Assembly (NCBI GenBank): GCA_965224705.1
Contig: OZ245056.1
Location: 2,432,001 to 2,496,000, forward strand
DNA: 64,000 nt
From: Spirochaetaceae bacterium
GTDB taxonomy: Bacteria; Spirochaetota; Spirochaetia; DSM-2461
Direction of reading: 5' to 3'
The notes under the pieces were generated by a model. It did not search any database and had not been told where the DNA came from. It was given only the letters and a program-made list of their open reading frames with translations. This document shows, piece by piece, positions 61,609 to 64,000 of this stretch. Position 1 is the stretch's first letter. Every line of letters starts with the position of its first letter. The position numbers and the translations under genes are program-made.

Positions 61609-62805
61609 TCAATCATTACCTCCTTTTTTTAAATACTCTATTGCCGTTCTTACGAAGAACTCAACTCCCAGAACCATGACATCCTCATCAATATTGAATC
61701 GAGCATTGTGATGGGGGAAATCAGTACCTTTCTTTCTATCAGCAGCTCCGAGAAAGGCAAAAACAGAGGGAACTCGAGAAGAAAAGGCCGAGAAATCCTC
61801 ACCTGCCATGGAGGCATGTTCTACCACCCTGTCAACTCCCCCCAATATCTTCTCCGCTATTCCACGGCTGAGGGCTGCCATCTTTACATCATTGATCACC
61901 GAGCAGTTTTCCTGTTTCAGTTCCACTTCAATTGTACAGCCATGGACAGCGGCGACTTTCTGTGCCAGATCCATCAATTTATCCGATGGACTGGAGCCGT
62001 TTTCCGGTTCATCGGCATAGAGGTAGCGAATTGATCCTTCCAGAACCACTTTGTCGGGGATAATATTGTTCTTTGAGCCGCCCTTGATGACACTGAACAT
62101 CAAGACCGTAGGATTCATGAGGCTGATTTCCCGGGTCTGAATTCTCTGGGCGGTCAGGACAATGTCAGAGGCAGCGATGATCGGGTCAATGGCGGTTTCG
62201 GGGTAGCCGGTGTGGCCGCCGTATCCTTTGACCGTCATCTTAAACACATCCATACTGGCCATAACTGCTCCGGCCTTGATTCCCATGGTTCCACTGGGAA
62301 GGGAGGTCCAGATATGGAGGCCCAGGGCTGCATGGGGGGAGGGATTTTTCATCACTCCATGCTCAACCATGAGTTCAGCTCCCGCAACCTCTTCGTTAGG
62401 TTCAAAGACAAACTTGACAGAACCCTCCAGAACCTCACGGAATTCACAGAGAACTTTGGCGGCGATCAACAGCATAGCCGTATGGGCATCATGACCACAG
62501 GCGTGCATTTTTCCGGGTATTTCAGACTTATAGGGAACGTCATTCTCCTCCTGTACCGGCAGTGCGTCCATGTCCGCCCGCAAAAGGAGTACCGGACTGG
62601 AGAGCTTTCCCTCAAGAACGGCTGTAATACCGGTGCCGGCTATTCGCCTGGGTTCCAATCCGAGATCCTTCAGGTAGGATTCAACGATCCCGGAGGTTCG
62701 ATGCTCCTCAAATCCCAATTCAGGATAACGGTGAAAGTCCCTCCTTAGCTCTATAAGTTCCTTTTCCAGCTCCCTGATGCGTTTTCGGATAGGGTCCCCG
62801 TCCAT
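61609..62805 (-). CDS. M20D family amidohydrolase (candidate N-acetyl-diaminobutyrate deacetylase)
   Basis: RRDFHRYPELGFEE, LRADMDALP, MHACGHDAH, EPNEE, GEDFS, HHNARF; substrate is inference from context. Confidence 0.9.
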   Translation of the reverse strand: MDGDPIRKRIRELEKELIELRRDFHRYPELGFEEHRTSGIVESYLKDLGLEPRRIAGTGITAVLEGKLSSPVLLLRADMDALPVQEENDVPYKSEIPGKMHACGHDAHTAMLLIAAKVLCEFREVLEGSVKFVFEPNEEVAGAELMVEHGVMKNPSPHAALGLHIWTSLPSGTMGIKAGAVMASMDVFKMTVKGYGGHTGYPETAIDPIIAASDIVLTAQRIQTREISLMNPTVLMFSVIKGGSKNNIIPDKVVLEGSIRYLYADEPENGSSPSDKLMDLAQKVAAVHGCTIEVELKQENCSVINDVKMAALSRGIAEKILGGVDRVVEHASMAGEDFSAFSSRVPSVFAFLGAADRKKGTDFPHHNARFNIDEDVMVLGVEFFVRTAIEYLKKGGND

Positions 62806-62808
62806 AGG

Positions 62809-63834
62809 CTATAGTAAATCTCTTTCTACAAGGGTTTCGACGATCTGAATGGCATTGAGAGCTGCTCCCTTGCGTACATTATTGGAAACAATCCACAGAT
62901 TGAGCCCATTTTCAATGGAAGAATCCTCTCGAATGCGTCCTACCAGGGTTTCATCCACATCGGTGCAGAATAGAGGCATGGGGTAGAGATTTTTTGCGGG
63001 ATCATCCTGAAGAATGATACTGGGAGCGTTTTTCAGGAGTTCCCGGGCCCTCTCTCGAGAGATATTTTTTTCGGTCTCAATGTTGACAGATTCGGAATGT
63101 CCCACCGCTACAGGAATTCGAACACAGGTGGCGGTTACCTTGATGTTTTCATCACCCATGATTTTTCGGGTTTCAAATATCATTTTATTCTCTTCTTTAG
63201 TGTATCCCCCATCCTGAAAGACATCAATGTGGGGGATGGCGTTAAAGCCCAGTTGATAGGTAAACCCTTTAGAATCCTGAATCTTTCTGGTTTTCAGGAA
63301 TTGTTCACTTTCATCATATAGAGAGTCGATTCCCTTCTTACCGGCACCGGCAGCGGCCTGGCAGGTGGACACAACCACCCTTTTAATCCTTCCTTCGTCA
63401 TGAAGGGGCTTTAATACAACCACCATCTGAATTGTGGAACAGTTGGGGTTGGCTATGATTCCTTTATGCCAGTCAAGATCCTGGGGGTTTACCTCGGGAA
63501 CCACCAGGGGACATTGATCGTCCATCCGCCAGGCAGAACTATTGTCGACTACAATGGCACCCATCTCGACTGCATCTGGAGCCAGGGCTTCACTGGCCGC
63601 CCCACCGGCGGAGAAAATGGCGATATCGATGTCCTTGAAGTTGTCTTTCTTTGCCTCTTTTACCTTACAGGGCCTGCCGTTAAACAGGATTTCTTTTCCA
63701 GCATTCATCGCCACATCCAGGGGGCGGAATTCTGTCACCGGAAAATTTCTCCTTTCCAGAGTTCGTATCATTTCACCGCCCACAAGTCCCATGGCTCCCA
63801 CAACGGCTATGTTGTAAGCTGTTTTCTTTTTCAT
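62809..63834 (-). CDS. asd: Aspartate-semialdehyde dehydrogenase (phosphorylating)
   Basis: VVGAMGLVG, DNSSAWRM, IIANPNCSTIQ, GHSES, NNVRKGAALNA; ATG 63834. Confidence 0.96.
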   Translation of the reverse strand: MKKKTAYNIAVVGAMGLVGGEMIRTLERRNFPVTEFRPLDVAMNAGKEILFNGRPCKVKEAKKDNFKDIDIAIFSAGGAASEALAPDAVEMGAIVVDNSSAWRMDDQCPLVVPEVNPQDLDWHKGIIANPNCSTIQMVVVLKPLHDEGRIKRVVVSTCQAAAGAGKKGIDSLYDESEQFLKTRKIQDSKGFTYQLGFNAIPHIDVFQDGGYTKEENKMIFETRKIMGDENIKVTATCVRIPVAVGHSESVNIETEKNISRERARELLKNAPSIILQDDPAKNLYPMPLFCTDVDETLVGRIREDSSIENGLNLWIVSNNVRKGAALNAIQIVETLVERDLL

Positions 63835-63841
63835 TAAGACT

Positions 63842-64000
63842 TCATACCTCCTCCAGGGGAAGCTTTTTCGCTTCAATGTCCTGAATGACACTGGCGATAA
63901 TCTCTATACCCTTCATTAGAAGCTCTTCCGTTATTACCAGAGGCGGTAACAAACGGGCTACGTTGGAATGGTGTCCGCCAACCTCAATCATAACACCCCT
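63842..64000 (-). CDS. C-terminus of a class III aminotransferase (diaminobutyrate transaminase-like), truncated by window end
   Basis: Own translation: RGVMIEVGGHHSNVARLLPPLVITEELLMKGIEIIASVIQDIEAKKLPLEEV*; not in the ORF track. Confidence 0.8.
   Translation of the reverse strand, partial: RGVMIEVGGHHSNVARLLPPLVITEELLMKGIEIIASVIQDIEAKKLPLEEV

Noticed and set aside
52030..64000. Ectoine biosynthesis cluster (ask-asd-ectB)
   Set aside because: No ectA or ectC in the window and the intervening genes are uptake and catabolic; cannot be fully excluded without sequence beyond 64000

Overview
A 64 kb chromosomal segment, most likely from a free-living, probably anaerobic and marine or halotolerant spirochaete (inferred from gene content and order, not from rRNA). 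About 1-50 kb is mostly housekeeping: flagellar export fliR-flhB-flhA-flhF-flhG-fliA-fapA, ilvBN, DAHP synthase, rpsF-ssb-rpsR-rplI-dnaB, rpsB-tsf-frr-uppS-cdsA-rseP, cheW-NAD kinase-recN, tRNA-Gly, tRNA-Arg, serC, glgP, hom, a lipoprotein cluster and ychF. Four things stand out. (1) A minus-strand cluster at 52-64 kb looks like an ectoine/5-hydroxyectoine uptake and catabolism operon of non-canonical make-up: a TeaABC-like TRAP transporter, two EutD/DoeA hydrolases, EutB, EutC, a different racemase, an M20 amidohydrolase where EutE/DoeB would be expected, and phosphorylating Asd plus aspartate kinase where DoeC would be expected. This suggests, as a hypothesis, an ATP-yielding fermentative route. 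(2) A ~163 bp MITE-like family occurs in 4 copies at 3 loci, always at a TAG stop codon and in the same orientation; one copy carries the precise 3' end of a 5'-truncated class C-like group II intron and a nested ~125 bp three-hairpin insert. (3) rpsB has an 18 bp tandem-repeat expansion. (4) A T10 frameshift separates an M15 peptidase from its signal peptide. All protein calls come from motif recognition and recalled family knowledge; no database searches were run.
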